A stretch of 64,000 nucleotides of DNA from Bacillota bacterium. GTDB taxonomy: Bacteria; Bacillota; Clostridia; Christensenellales; SZUA-584. This document shows, piece after piece, positions 42,015 to 51,625 of this stretch; the stretch's first letter is position 1, and every line of letters starts with the position of its first letter. The DNA is taken from contig JAEWCC010000035.1 in the NCBI GenBank assembly GCA_023390815.1, positions 6,543-70,542 of the forward strand. Direction: 5' to 3'. The position numbers and the translations under genes were made by a program. The notes under the pieces were generated by a model. It was not told the DNA's origin. It did not search any database and saw only the letters and a program-made list of their open reading frames with translations.

Positions 42015-43267
42015 TGAGCGAAATCCGTGACGTCACGCTCGCGCCCGAGGGTGAAAAAAAGATTGCCTGGGTAAAACGCAACATGCCGGTACTCTCCGGG
42101 CTGGAAGAAGCTTTTGCGCGTGAAAAACCTTTTAAGGGACACCGCATATCGCTGTCTATCCATCTTGAAGCCAAGACAGCCTATCTTTGCCGTGTCCTGC
42201 AATCGGGCGGGGCACAGATGGCGGTTACAGGCTCTAATCCGCTCTCCACGCAGGATGACGTCGCCGCCGCACTCGTCGCGGGCGGCATGGAGGTATACGC
42301 CTGGCATGGCGCAACAGCGGAAGAATATGCCCGCCACATTTCCCTGGCGCTGGCGCATGCGCCTCACATTGTGCTGGACGACGGCGCGGATCTTTCCGCG
42401 GCGCTTCACGCTTCCGATTCCGCCAAAGCCGAAAATGTCATCGGTGCGTGTGAGGAGACCACGACCGGCCTGCTCCGCTTCCGTGCATGGCAGCGCGAAG
42501 GCGTGCTTCGCTATCCCGTGATCGCGGTCAATGACGCGGACTGCAAGCACTTGTTCGATAACCGCTATGGTACCGGGCAATCGGTGTGGGACGGCATCAT
42601 GCGCACGACGAACCTGATCGTCGCGGGCAAGACGGTGGTCGTCGCGGGTTACGGCTGGTGCGGCAAAGGCATCGCGCTGCGCGCGAAGGGCCTCGGCGCA
42701 AAAGTGGTCGTGACCGAAATCGACCCGGTGCGTGCGATGGAGGCCGCGATGGACGGCTTCGACGTGATGCCGATGGACGATGCGGCCCCCTTGGGCGATA
42801 TGTTCATCACCGTCACTGGATGCGCCGACGTGATTACAGGCGACCACTTCGTAAAAATGAAAGACGGCGCACTGCTTGCCAATGCCGGTCACTTTAATGT
42901 AGAAATCAACGGAAAACAACTGGAGCAAATGGCCCGGAAGACTTACTGCGCCCGGAACAATATCATGGCCTATGTGCTGGGAGACCGGACGGTCTATCTG
43001 CTTGCTGAGGGACGGCTTGTAAACCTCGCCGCAGGCGACGGCCATCCTGCCGAGATTATGGACTTAAGCTTTGCGCTCCAGGCGCTCTCGGTCCGGTATC
43101 TGATTGAAAACAGCGGGAAGCTCGCCAATCAGGTACAATACGTGCCAAAGCAAATTGACCGCTATGTCGCCCGGCTCAAGCTCAAAGCGATGGATATTCG
43201 CATCGACGCGCTGACGGACGTTCAGAAAAAGTATATGTATGGAGACGCGTATGAAGATCAGGATTGA
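42014..43267 (+). CDS. ahcY: adenosylhomocysteinase, short archaeal/Thermotoga type
   Basis: The ATG 42014 start (GTG 42011 is the alternative) overlaps the galU stop. GSNPLSTQDDVAAAL, NAD-fold GYGWCGKGIA, and HFNVEI are present. About 417 aa. Confidence 0.93.
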   Translation: MSEIRDVTLAPEGEKKIAWVKRNMPVLSGLEEAFAREKPFKGHRISLSIHLEAKTAYLCRVLQSGGAQMAVTGSNPLSTQDDVAAALVAGGMEVYAWHGATAEEYARHISLALAHAPHIVLDDGADLSAALHASDSAKAENVIGACEETTTGLLRFRAWQREGVLRYPVIAVNDADCKHLFDNRYGTGQSVWDGIMRTTNLIVAGKTVVVAGYGWCGKGIALRAKGLGAKVVVTEIDPVRAMEAAMDGFDVMPMDDAAPLGDMFITVTGCADVITGDHFVKMKDGALLANAGHFNVEINGKQLEQMARKTYCARNNIMAYVLGDRTVYLLAEGRLVNLAAGDGHPAEIMDLSFALQALSVRYLIENSGKLANQVQYVPKQIDRYVARLKLKAMDIRIDALTDVQKKYMYGDAYEDQD

Positions 43268-44549
43268 CAACGGCTTCATCATCTCGGCGGATGAGCATGA
43301 CGCCTGTTTCGACGGTTGCGTGCTGATAGACGGCGATACCATACTCTATGCGGGTCCGCAGGCCCTTACGCCGCCGTTTGCCGCGGATCGCATAATTGAC
43401 GCAAAGGGCGGTATCGTTGCGCCCGGCTTCGTCAATACGCATTCGCATATTCCCATGACGCTGCTGCGTGGCTACGCGGACGACATGACGCTGCAGCGCT
43501 GGCTTAACGACAAGATCTGGCCGGCAGAGGCGTATCTCGACGAGGAGTCGGTATACTGGGGCACAATGCTGGGCATCGCGGAGATGGCCGCGGGCGGCAT
43601 CACCTGCTTTTCGGACATGTACAATTTTACGGAGGTCATTGCGCGGGCCGCGCACGAGGCGGGTATTCGCGCGCTGATCGCCACGGCGGTGATCGATATC
43701 GACGGCGGCGGCGACCGGCGGCTGAAGACGGCGGAAAGCCTGTTTGAAACCGTTAGGGATTATCCGCTTGTAAGTGCGGCGATCGGCCCGCACGCCGAAT
43801 ATACAGTCAGTCCGGCCATGTTTATAAAGATACGAGATGCCGCGCTGCGGCTCAATGCGCGCATCCATACGCACATATCCGAAACACAGCTGGAACATGA
43901 AGACTGCATCAAGCGCCACGGCAAGACGCCCATTGCGTTGCTGGAGTCGCTGGACGTGCTGGACGCGCCGCTCATGGCAGCGCACTGCGTGTGGGTATCG
44001 GACGAGGATATCGAGATCATGGCGCGCCACGGTGTCGGCGTCATGTCGTGCCCGGGCAGCAACCTGAAGCTGGGGAGCGGCGTTGCGCGTACCGCGCGAA
44101 TGCTGGAACGCGGCGTGACGGTGAGCTGCGCAACGGACGGCGCATCGAGCAACAACAATCTCTCCATGATGGAGGAGATGACGTTGCTTTCCTTTTTGCA
44201 AAAAGGCGTGGAACGTAACCCGGAACTGATTCCCGCAAAAACGGCGGTAAAAACCGCCACCCTCTATGGTGCCAAAACACTAGGCATGGAGCAGACCATC
44301 GGCAGCGTGGAAGCGGGTAAGCAGGCGGATCTGATCATCATCGATACGAGCGGCCCGCGGTACTGCCCGAGAACGGACCTGTTGAACCATATGGTGTACA
44401 GCGCCAGCGATGCCGATGTAGCCCTGACGATGGTCGCAGGCAAAGTACTTTATGAAAACGGCAATATCACCTTCGGTGATATCGAAAAAATCAAAGCAAA
44501 TGCGCAGCGCTGCGCTTCCCGCATGATCGAACTTGCGAGAGGAGGCTGA
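43251..44549 (+). CDS. mtaD: amidohydrolase, MTA/SAH deaminase family
   Basis: ATG 43251 overlaps the ahcY end by 17 nt. NTHSHIPMT (HxH), HISE and CATDGASSNN metal ligand pattern of the TM0936/MtaD group. Confidence 0.85.
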   Translation: MKIRIDNGFIISADEHDACFDGCVLIDGDTILYAGPQALTPPFAADRIIDAKGGIVAPGFVNTHSHIPMTLLRGYADDMTLQRWLNDKIWPAEAYLDEESVYWGTMLGIAEMAAGGITCFSDMYNFTEVIARAAHEAGIRALIATAVIDIDGGGDRRLKTAESLFETVRDYPLVSAAIGPHAEYTVSPAMFIKIRDAALRLNARIHTHISETQLEHEDCIKRHGKTPIALLESLDVLDAPLMAAHCVWVSDEDIEIMARHGVGVMSCPGSNLKLGSGVARTARMLERGVTVSCATDGASSNNNLSMMEEMTLLSFLQKGVERNPELIPAKTAVKTATLYGAKTLGMEQTIGSVEAGKQADLIIIDTSGPRYCPRTDLLNHMVYSASDADVALTMVAGKVLYENGNITFGDIEKIKANAQRCASRMIELARGG

Positions 44550-44552
44550 GTT

Positions 44553-46313
44553 TTGAAGGGGCTTATCCGCGCTATCGCCGTATTGCTCGTCGCGTTCACG
44601 CTTTTTGGCTGCGCGGCCAGAGAACCGCTTGAAAACCCGGCGCAGTCCGCATCGGGCGGCAGAGCCGACGCGGCGGAACATATCAACCTCAAGGATATTA
44701 ATATCTCGGCGGATGCGGATGAGACCGTCGTCACGCTTTCTTTTTTGAGCGGCAGCCGGAACAGCGACTTTCCCGAAACCAGGCTGCTGAGTTTGCCGGA
44801 ATACCGGGTCACCCAGCTTCCCTCGCCGCAGCGCATCATGATCACGCTTCAAAACATCAGCTATTGCGACTATGAGGAAAAGGATTCGTGGGCGCTCTCC
44901 GATTTTCTGCGCGGCTTATTTCAGGAGTCTCCCGCAGACAACGATTCGGTCATCATCTATCTGCAGCTCTCGCGAGAGGCACAGTTTTCGGTCGAAGAGT
45001 CCGAAGGCGACCTGATTATTCGGCTGGAACCCTCGGTATCGCAGGAACCGTCACGGTTTTACTGCGTAACCAATTCGTTTTTTCAGCATCAGGAGGGGAC
45101 CTGGCCGCGGGAGATCGATATGACGCCGGTGCTATGCTCCGATCTGCAAAACAAACTGCTGATATCGCAGCCTTTCGATACGCGTGAATCGGCGGAGAGC
45201 TATCGGGATTCCATCAACACCCAGCTTCAAAACTCGCTGCCCGGTAATTCGCTGAATGTCGTAGAGCTTGCCCCGGGCGCGCTGCCCGATTATACGAACA
45301 TCGACTATTCGGTCGCCGAGGGTAAAAAGGTTTTGGTGCAGCAAGGGACGCCTGTCAATTTGCCGCTGCTGCTGCAGAACGGAAAGTACCTTGCCACAGC
45401 GCCCGACGGACGCGTTGCGTTTTCACGCAGCTATAAACCCGATGAGCCTGCGCTCCAGCAGAATGCGTATTTAAACTCTGAGAAGCTGTGGATTCTCAAA
45501 ACGGACGGTCAGGTGCAGAGCCTCGATATCTCGGAATTTTACATGATCGACTCCGCACAGTTTTCCTATGACAGCCGTTACATTTGCCTGCTGGATGTGT
45601 CGATTGAAAACAGAGTATTATACGTGTACGATTTCAGTACATCCGTGCTGCTCAACCTCGGCGAGGAAGGGTTCGGGAACCAGACGGCTGCGTTTGCCTG
45701 GTCAGATTCCGAAAACAAGCTATACGCGATGACCGGTTACGACGGCGCGCTGCAAATGCTTTCGTGCACTTTTGGAGAAGATGGCATCAATATTGAAGCG
45801 GTCGAGGAACAGGCCGGGGCCGAAGGGCATCTGGGGGTGTCTCAAGGCAGGCTCTTTTTTGCCGACAACGCGGCAGGAACGATTTATAAAATTGACGATA
45901 CACGTTCCGAGGTTGCCCCGGGGATCGATTTTCAGATTTCACCCGACGGTACGTCAATGGTAGCGCTCGAAACGAACATTGCCGAAAACGAACAGGTATT
46001 GACGAATTTAAAGCTGTATGATATTGTGACGGGCAAGTATAAGGCAATACTGGAAAACGCCGAGGTCGCGTCCTTCTGTTTTTCGCCCGACGGCGGCAGC
46101 ATTTACTATACGGTCGAGGAAGACGGGACACAGGAGGCCTATCCTTACGGCCTGTACGCTTATAATATTGCAAGCGGCGAGAATGCGCAGCTTGCATTGT
46201 GCAGCACAGGCGATATTGCGGCAGGCAAAGCCGGGGTAATCTATCTGATTCAGTTTTTTGACGACGCGGAGACAGGGTTCTACGCGACGTATCAATACAT
46301 TTTAGGACTTTAA
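44553..46313 (+). CDS. uncharacterised lipoprotein (AMIN-like N-domain, SPOR-like middle, beta-propeller-like C-terminal region)
   Basis: TTG start lies 3 nt after the mtaD stop with GGAGG 7 nt upstream. Signal peptide with lipobox LFGC. Repeated xPDGxx blade-like motifs (APDGRVAF, ISPDGTSMV, FSPDGGSIYY) are present. The domain calls rest on pattern recognition only. Confidence 0.7.
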   Translation: MKGLIRAIAVLLVAFTLFGCAAREPLENPAQSASGGRADAAEHINLKDINISADADETVVTLSFLSGSRNSDFPETRLLSLPEYRVTQLPSPQRIMITLQNISYCDYEEKDSWALSDFLRGLFQESPADNDSVIIYLQLSREAQFSVEESEGDLIIRLEPSVSQEPSRFYCVTNSFFQHQEGTWPREIDMTPVLCSDLQNKLLISQPFDTRESAESYRDSINTQLQNSLPGNSLNVVELAPGALPDYTNIDYSVAEGKKVLVQQGTPVNLPLLLQNGKYLATAPDGRVAFSRSYKPDEPALQQNAYLNSEKLWILKTDGQVQSLDISEFYMIDSAQFSYDSRYICLLDVSIENRVLYVYDFSTSVLLNLGEEGFGNQTAAFAWSDSENKLYAMTGYDGALQMLSCTFGEDGINIEAVEEQAGAEGHLGVSQGRLFFADNAAGTIYKIDDTRSEVAPGIDFQISPDGTSMVALETNIAENEQVLTNLKLYDIVTGKYKAILENAEVASFCFSPDGGSIYYTVEEDGTQEAYPYGLYAYNIASGENAQLALCSTGDIAAGKAGVIYLIQFFDDAETGFYATYQYILGL

Positions 46314-46324
46314 CGGAGGGCACC

Positions 46325-46612
46325 ATGCGCATTCCGGTCTCAGAAGTGGACAAGATCGCTTCGCTGTCGCGCCTGAGCTTCAGCAACGAAGAGAAGGTGC
46401 AGTTGCAGAATCATCTGGAGGGCATACTGCATACGGCCGAAAAGCTGGGGGAACTCGATACCGAGGGAGTTGAGCCCACTGCCCACATACAGGGCAAGCA
46501 GAACGTGACGCGCAGCGATACCGTGCGTGCCAGCATGGACAATGCGCTTCTGACGGCCAATGCGCCGGAAACGGAAAACGGCTGTTTTATCGTGCCCAAA
46601 GTGGTGGAGTGA
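46325..46612 (+). CDS. gatC: Asp/Glu-tRNA amidotransferase subunit C
   Basis: 95 aa. VDKIASLSRLSFSNEEK N-terminus typical of GatC. GGAGGG RBS. Confidence 0.93.
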   Translation: MRIPVSEVDKIASLSRLSFSNEEKVQLQNHLEGILHTAEKLGELDTEGVEPTAHIQGKQNVTRSDTVRASMDNALLTANAPETENGCFIVPKVVE

Positions 46613-46613
46613 G

Positions 46614-48092
46614 GTGGACGGGTTGGTATACGAGTGGACGTTGAAGCGGATGATGGATGCGCTTCAAACGAAGGAGATTTCCGCGCGGGAACTTGCGCAA
46701 GCGCTGATCGCCCGAATTGAGGATAAAGAGCCGCAGGTGAGGGCGCTCAACACGCTGTGCGCAGAGTCGGCGCTCAAGGAAGCTGACGAATCGGATAAGC
46801 GCCGCGCCGCAGGGCAGGCATTAAACCCACTTGACGGCATCCCTGTGATCGTAAAGGACAATATTTGCACGCGGGGCGTTAAGACCACGTGCTCTTCGCG
46901 CATGCTCGAGAATTTCGTGCCGCCATACGACGCGCACGTGATCGAACAGTTCCGGCAAAAGGGCATCATTGTGCTCGGCAAAGCCAACATGGACGAATTT
47001 GCGATGGGTTCATCCACCGAGAACAGCGCATTTCATACCACCGCGAACCCGTGGGATTTAAGCCGCGTACCGGGCGGTTCATCGGGCGGCAGCACAACGG
47101 CGGTTGCAGCGGGCTATGCGCCGTTTGCGCTGGGCTCCGATACGGGCGGCAGCATCCGGCAGCCCGCTTCGTACTGCGGCGTTGTGGGCTTAAAGCCCAC
47201 CTATGGGGCCGTGTCGCGGTACGGCCTCATCGCTTTTGCGTCCTCTCTCGATCAAATCGGACCGGTTACGCGCAGTGTGGAAGACGCTGCGATTGCACTC
47301 AATGCGATATGCGGGCATGACCATCGCGACTCCACATCGCTCGATATCGTTCATCCCGATTACTCAAAAACCATCGGCTCCGATGTTCGGGGCATGCGCA
47401 TCGGTCTACCGAAGGAGTATTTTGGTGCCGGGCTCGATGCAGACGTAAAAGCTGCAGTCGAAAAGGCGGTGAAGGCGCTGGAGTCCGCGGGCGCGGTGGT
47501 GGAGGAAGCCACGCTGCCTACGTTTGACTGCGCGCTGTCTGCCTACTATATCATCTCATCAGCCGAAGCGGCGTCCAACCTTTCCCGGTTTGACGGCGTT
47601 AAATACGGCTACCGCGCAAAACAATATGACGGCCTTGTGGATATGTACGTTAAGACCCGCAACGAGGGGTTTGGACCGGAGGTCAAACGTCGTATCATGC
47701 TGGGCAACTATGTGCTCAGCGCGGGCTACTACGATGCGTACTATTTAAAGGCACTTAAGGTGCGCACGCTCATCAAACGGGACTTCGACGCGCTGTTCGA
47801 GAGATTTGACTGCATCCTGTCGCCCGCCGCGCCCACGCCCGCATTTAAGGCGGGGGAGAAGAACGACCCGATGAGCATGTACTTAACCGACATCTATACC
47901 GTGCCCATTAATATCGCAGGACTTGCCGCCATTTCCGTTCCATGTGCGCTGAGCGGAGACGGGCTTCCGATCGGCCTGCAGATCATTGCCAAACCGCTCG
48001 GCGAACCGGAGGCGCTGCGCGCCGCGTATGCGCTGGAGCAGGCGGTAGGCGATATTGGAAAGCCTTCGTTCAAAGGGGGGGTACGGGCATGA
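46614..48092 (+). CDS. gatA: Asp/Glu-tRNA amidotransferase subunit A
   Basis: GTG start lies 1 nt after the gatC stop. Amidase signature GGSSGGSTTAVAAG with DTGGSIRQPAS. Confidence 0.95.
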   Translation: MDGLVYEWTLKRMMDALQTKEISARELAQALIARIEDKEPQVRALNTLCAESALKEADESDKRRAAGQALNPLDGIPVIVKDNICTRGVKTTCSSRMLENFVPPYDAHVIEQFRQKGIIVLGKANMDEFAMGSSTENSAFHTTANPWDLSRVPGGSSGGSTTAVAAGYAPFALGSDTGGSIRQPASYCGVVGLKPTYGAVSRYGLIAFASSLDQIGPVTRSVEDAAIALNAICGHDHRDSTSLDIVHPDYSKTIGSDVRGMRIGLPKEYFGAGLDADVKAAVEKAVKALESAGAVVEEATLPTFDCALSAYYIISSAEAASNLSRFDGVKYGYRAKQYDGLVDMYVKTRNEGFGPEVKRRIMLGNYVLSAGYYDAYYLKALKVRTLIKRDFDALFERFDCILSPAAPTPAFKAGEKNDPMSMYLTDIYTVPINIAGLAAISVPCALSGDGLPIGLQIIAKPLGEPEALRAAYALEQAVGDIGKPSFKGGVRA

Positions 48093-49519
48093 AGTACGAA
48101 ACCGTGATCGGGCTCGAAGTCCATGTCGAGCTGGCGACCCAAACCAAGATATTCTGCGGCTGCGAGAACAAGTTCGGCGGGGAGCCGAATACCCATTGCT
48201 GCCCCGTATGCACCGGCATGCCCGGTGTGCTGCCTGTGCTCAACGAAAAAGTAGTCGAGTTCGCGGCGAAAGCAGGGCTCGCTACCCACTGCGAGATCGC
48301 CAACTTTTCCAAGATGGACCGGAAGGGATACTACTACCCCGACCTGCCCAAGGCATATCAGATATCGCAGTTCGATCTGCCCATCTGCAAGGGCGGCTGG
48401 GTCGATATTGAAACCAAAGACGGTTCCAAGCGCATCCGCATCACGCGCATTCACATGGAGGAAGACGCAGGCAAGCTGCTGCACGACGCCTGCGCCGGTA
48501 CCGCGGTCGACTATAACCGCTGCGGCGTACCGCTCATCGAAATCGTGACGGAGCCGGACCTGCGCAGTGCGGAGGAAACGAGAACCTTCCTTGAAACGCT
48601 CAAGGCCATCATGCAATATACGGGCGTATCGGACTGCAAGATGCAGGAAGGCTCGCTGCGCTGCGATGTGAACGTATCGGTGCGCGAAGCGGGTTCCGAC
48701 AAACTCGGGACGCGCACAGAGATGAAAAATTTGAACAGCTTTTCGGCGGTATACCGCGCGGTGGAAGCTGAGAGCACGCGGCAGATCGAGGTAATCGAAG
48801 ACGGCGGCGTCATCCGGCAGGAGACGCGGCGCTTCGACGACGCCAAAGGCAAAAGTTATCCGATGCGCGGCAAAGAAGAGGCGCACGATTACCGCTACTT
48901 CCCCGATCCGGACCTCGTGCCGGTTACGCTTACGGATGAGCAGATTGAAGCGTTCAGAGCCGCTCTGCCAGAACTGCCCGCCGCAAAGAAACAGCGCTAC
49001 GTGGAAGAGCTGGGTCTGCCCGCATACGACGCGGGTGTGCTGACAGCGGAGCGCAGTATCTCCATATTTTTTGATGGCTGCATCGCGCTCGGCGGCGATC
49101 CCAAGAAGATCAGCAACCTCATCATGACGGACCTTTTAAGGCTGCTTAAGGAAGACGGCATTTCACCCGATGATAACCCCGTAACACCGGAGCAGCTTGT
49201 GGAGACGCTTCGCCTGGTGGACGAGGGAAAGGTCAATATCACGGTCGCCAAATCGGTATTCGAGGAAGTTTTCCGCAGCGGCGGCTCTCCGGCTCAGATT
49301 GTAGAAAGCAAGGGCCTCGCGCAGATCAATGATACCGGCGCGATCCGCTCGCTGATACAGGATATTATCGCCAAAAATCCCGGCCCCGTGGCGGACTACA
49401 AAGGCGGCAAGCAAAAAGCGCTGACGTTCTTCGTAGGACAGGTGATGAAGGCGATGGGTGGAAAGGCAAACCCGAAGGCGGTTAACGAAATCGCGGTAGA
49501 GGAGCTTGACAAGGCATAA
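48089..49519 (+). CDS. gatB: Asp/Glu-tRNA amidotransferase subunit B
   Basis: ATGA overlap with gatA. MKYETVIGLEVHVEL N-terminus and a YqeY-like tail. Confidence 0.96.
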   Translation: MKYETVIGLEVHVELATQTKIFCGCENKFGGEPNTHCCPVCTGMPGVLPVLNEKVVEFAAKAGLATHCEIANFSKMDRKGYYYPDLPKAYQISQFDLPICKGGWVDIETKDGSKRIRITRIHMEEDAGKLLHDACAGTAVDYNRCGVPLIEIVTEPDLRSAEETRTFLETLKAIMQYTGVSDCKMQEGSLRCDVNVSVREAGSDKLGTRTEMKNLNSFSAVYRAVEAESTRQIEVIEDGGVIRQETRRFDDAKGKSYPMRGKEEAHDYRYFPDPDLVPVTLTDEQIEAFRAALPELPAAKKQRYVEELGLPAYDAGVLTAERSISIFFDGCIALGGDPKKISNLIMTDLLRLLKEDGISPDDNPVTPEQLVETLRLVDEGKVNITVAKSVFEEVFRSGGSPAQIVESKGLAQINDTGAIRSLIQDIIAKNPGPVADYKGGKQKALTFFVGQVMKAMGGKANPKAVNEIAVEELDKA

Positions 49520-49571
49520 ACGTCGCCCCAGGTCGTAAATTCGTGTATTCGGGCGTATAGATAAGTTTTTT

Positions 49572-49603
49572 TAAGCATTTTCATCAAAAATGCTTATTTT
49601 TTT
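49572..49603 (+). terminator. intrinsic terminator after gatB
   Basis: Stem TAAGCATTT/AAATGCTTA followed by seven T. Confidence 0.8.
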
Positions 49604-49613
49604 AATACTGGTG

Positions 49614-49622
49614 TGTTATAAT
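49614..49622 (+). promoter_or_regulatory. extended -10 TGTTATAAT upstream of yicC
   Basis: TGnTATAAT read directly from the sequence, about 32 nt before the yicC RBS. Confidence 0.45.
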
Positions 49623-49653
49623 CATCTTCAAATCACTGCAAGGTGGCGATATT

Positions 49654-50532
49654 ATTTTACGCAGCATGACTGGCTTCGGCAGAGCCGAGGCAGAAAAAGC
49701 CGGACGGCGGGTCACAATTGAACTCAAGGCAGTTAATCAGCGGTATCTGGACCTTAACGTCCGGGCACCGATTACGCTTGGGTTCGCAGAAGAACATATC
49801 CGCAAATCGATTAAAGCGCGCCTTTCGCGTGGCCGCATCGACGTTTATGTCGGGTACAGCGCCATGGAGGCGGAGACGAAGAAAGCCACCGCGGATGTTG
49901 GCCTGATTACATCCTATGTGCAGGCCGCGAGGCAAGCCGGGCATAAGGCGGGGCTGAAAGACGACATCAAGCTTTCGCATATTCTGCGTATACCCGATGT
50001 AATCCGCATTGAGGGCGCGCAGGAAAATGAGGACGCGCTGCTGGGCCTTGTTGACGAGGCCTTGTCCGCCGCATTGGGGGCACTGGCCGATATGCGCGCG
50101 CGGGAAGGCGCGTCGCTTCAGCAAAGCCTCGTGCAGTACCTCGGCGAACTTTCCGGAATCGTCAGCGTAATCGACGCCGAAAAGGATACAGTGCCCAAAG
50201 AGGGCGCGGAGAAGTTGAAGGCGCGTATATCCGATCTGCTGGCCGGCAACGACATAGACGAAACGCGCTTCAACGCCGAAGTGGCTTATATTGCCGACCG
50301 GGCGGACATTTCCGAAGAGCTTGTACGCCTGAGGACGCATATTACGCAGTTTGAAGCCGCCATGAAGCCCTCGGAGGCCGTAGGCCGCAAGCTTGATTTC
50401 ATGGTGCAGGAGATGAACCGCGAGCTTAATACGATCGGCTCCAAGTCTTCCAGCATGGTCATCACAAACGCGGTGATCGAAGGGAAAAGCGTCGTAGAAA
50501 AGATCCGCGAGCAAGTACAGAATATCGAATAA
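49654..50532 (+). CDS. yicC: YicC-family stress-induced protein
   Basis: (I)[11 protein letters not shown]...AVNQRYLD is colinear with the YicC N-terminus MIRSMTAY...VNQRYLE. The 5' end is set at ATT 49654 (SD AAGGTGG 7 nt upstream); the first ATG is 49666. The C-terminal DUF1732 block EEL(V)RLxxH is present. Confidence 0.85.
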   Translation: MLRSMTGFGRAEAEKAGRRVTIELKAVNQRYLDLNVRAPITLGFAEEHIRKSIKARLSRGRIDVYVGYSAMEAETKKATADVGLITSYVQAARQAGHKAGLKDDIKLSHILRIPDVIRIEGAQENEDALLGLVDEALSAALGALADMRAREGASLQQSLVQYLGELSGIVSVIDAEKDTVPKEGAEKLKARISDLLAGNDIDETRFNAEVAYIADRADISEELVRLRTHITQFEAAMKPSEAVGRKLDFMVQEMNRELNTIGSKSSSMVITNAVIEGKSVVEKIREQVQNIE

Positions 50533-50548
50533 TCTTGGGAGGCAACTT

Positions 50549-50809
50549 ATGAGCATTCGACTGATCAATATTGGATTTGGCAATATCGTATCAGCCAACC
50601 GGTTAATCGCCATCGTCAGCCCCGAATCCGCGCCGATCAAGCGCATTATCCAGGAAGCGCGGCAGAAAGGCAATCTGATCGACGCGACATATGGCAGGAG
50701 AACGCGCGCTGTGGTCATTACCGACAGCGATCATGTGATTCTCTCGGCGGTACAGCCTGAGACGGTGGCGCACCGGCTTACGGACAAAGATACGGACATC
50801 GAGGAGTAA
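50549..50809 (+). CDS. remA: RemA/DUF370 regulatory protein
   Basis: 86 aa. [34 protein letters not shown] is near-invariant RemA sequence, in the conserved position between yicC and gmk. Confidence 0.93.
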   Translation: MSIRLINIGFGNIVSANRLIAIVSPESAPIKRIIQEARQKGNLIDATYGRRTRAVVITDSDHVILSAVQPETVAHRLTDKDTDIEE

Positions 50810-50811
50810 GC

Positions 50812-51423
50812 ATGGGCAAAGGGTTGCTGATCGTACTGTCGGGACCTTCCGGGGCGGGAAAGGGTACCGTCTGCAAAGCGCTGCTCGCAAAGCATCCGGA
50901 AGTCGCGCTCTCCATATCGTGCACGACGCGGTCTCCGCGTAACAACGAGAAGGAAGGCGTGAATTACTTCTTCAAAAGCGAAGAGGAATTCAAAGAGCTG
51001 ATCCAACAGGACGAGTTTTTGGAGCATGCCTGCGTATATGGAAACTACTATGGTACGCCCAAGAGTTTTGTCGCGCAGAAGCTCGAAGAGGGCCGCGATG
51101 TGATGCTCGAAATTGACGTGCAGGGTGCTCTGAGGGCGAAGAAGATATTTCCCGACGGCGTGCTGATTTTTCTGGTTCCGCCTTCCATGGAGGAGTTGGA
51201 GCGCCGTATTCGGGGCCGCGCCACTGAAAGCGAGGAGCAGATTCAAACGCGGCTCGGCAAGGCAAAAAGCGAAATGGCCCAGGTGGAACGGTACGATTAT
51301 GTGATCGTAAACGACCATATCGAGCGCGTCGTAGACGAGATCGAAAGCATCATTGAAGCGGAAAAGCTCAAGGTGAAACGTGCAAAAAAAGAATTTGAAG
51401 ATATGAGGAGAAAAAAACTATGA
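50812..51423 (+). CDS. gmk: guanylate kinase
   Basis: GPSGAGKGT P-loop with YFFKSEEEF and YGNYYGTP blocks. Confidence 0.96.
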   Translation: MGKGLLIVLSGPSGAGKGTVCKALLAKHPEVALSISCTTRSPRNNEKEGVNYFFKSEEEFKELIQQDEFLEHACVYGNYYGTPKSFVAQKLEEGRDVMLEIDVQGALRAKKIFPDGVLIFLVPPSMEELERRIRGRATESEEQIQTRLGKAKSEMAQVERYDYVIVNDHIERVVDEIESIIEAEKLKVKRAKKEFEDMRRKKL

Positions 51424-51620
51424 TGTACCCAGGAGTCAGCGAGCTGAAGGAAAAAGCAGACTGCCGTTATACACTCGTGGTGGAATCCGCCAAACGCGCG
51501 CGGCAGCTCGTGGACGGTGCGGAACCGCTTACCGAAACACAGGAAGCCAACCCCGTTTCGCAGGCCGCCAAAGAAATCTACTACGACAAGATCACATACA
51601 TATCGCCCGAGGAGGGCTGA
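51420..51620 (+). CDS. rpoZ: DNA-directed RNA polymerase subunit omega
   Basis: 66 aa with ATGA overlap to gmk. RYTLVVESAKRARQL motif. Confidence 0.92.
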   Translation: MMYPGVSELKEKADCRYTLVVESAKRARQLVDGAEPLTETQEANPVSQAAKEIYYDKITYISPEEG

Positions 51621-51625
51621 GCACG

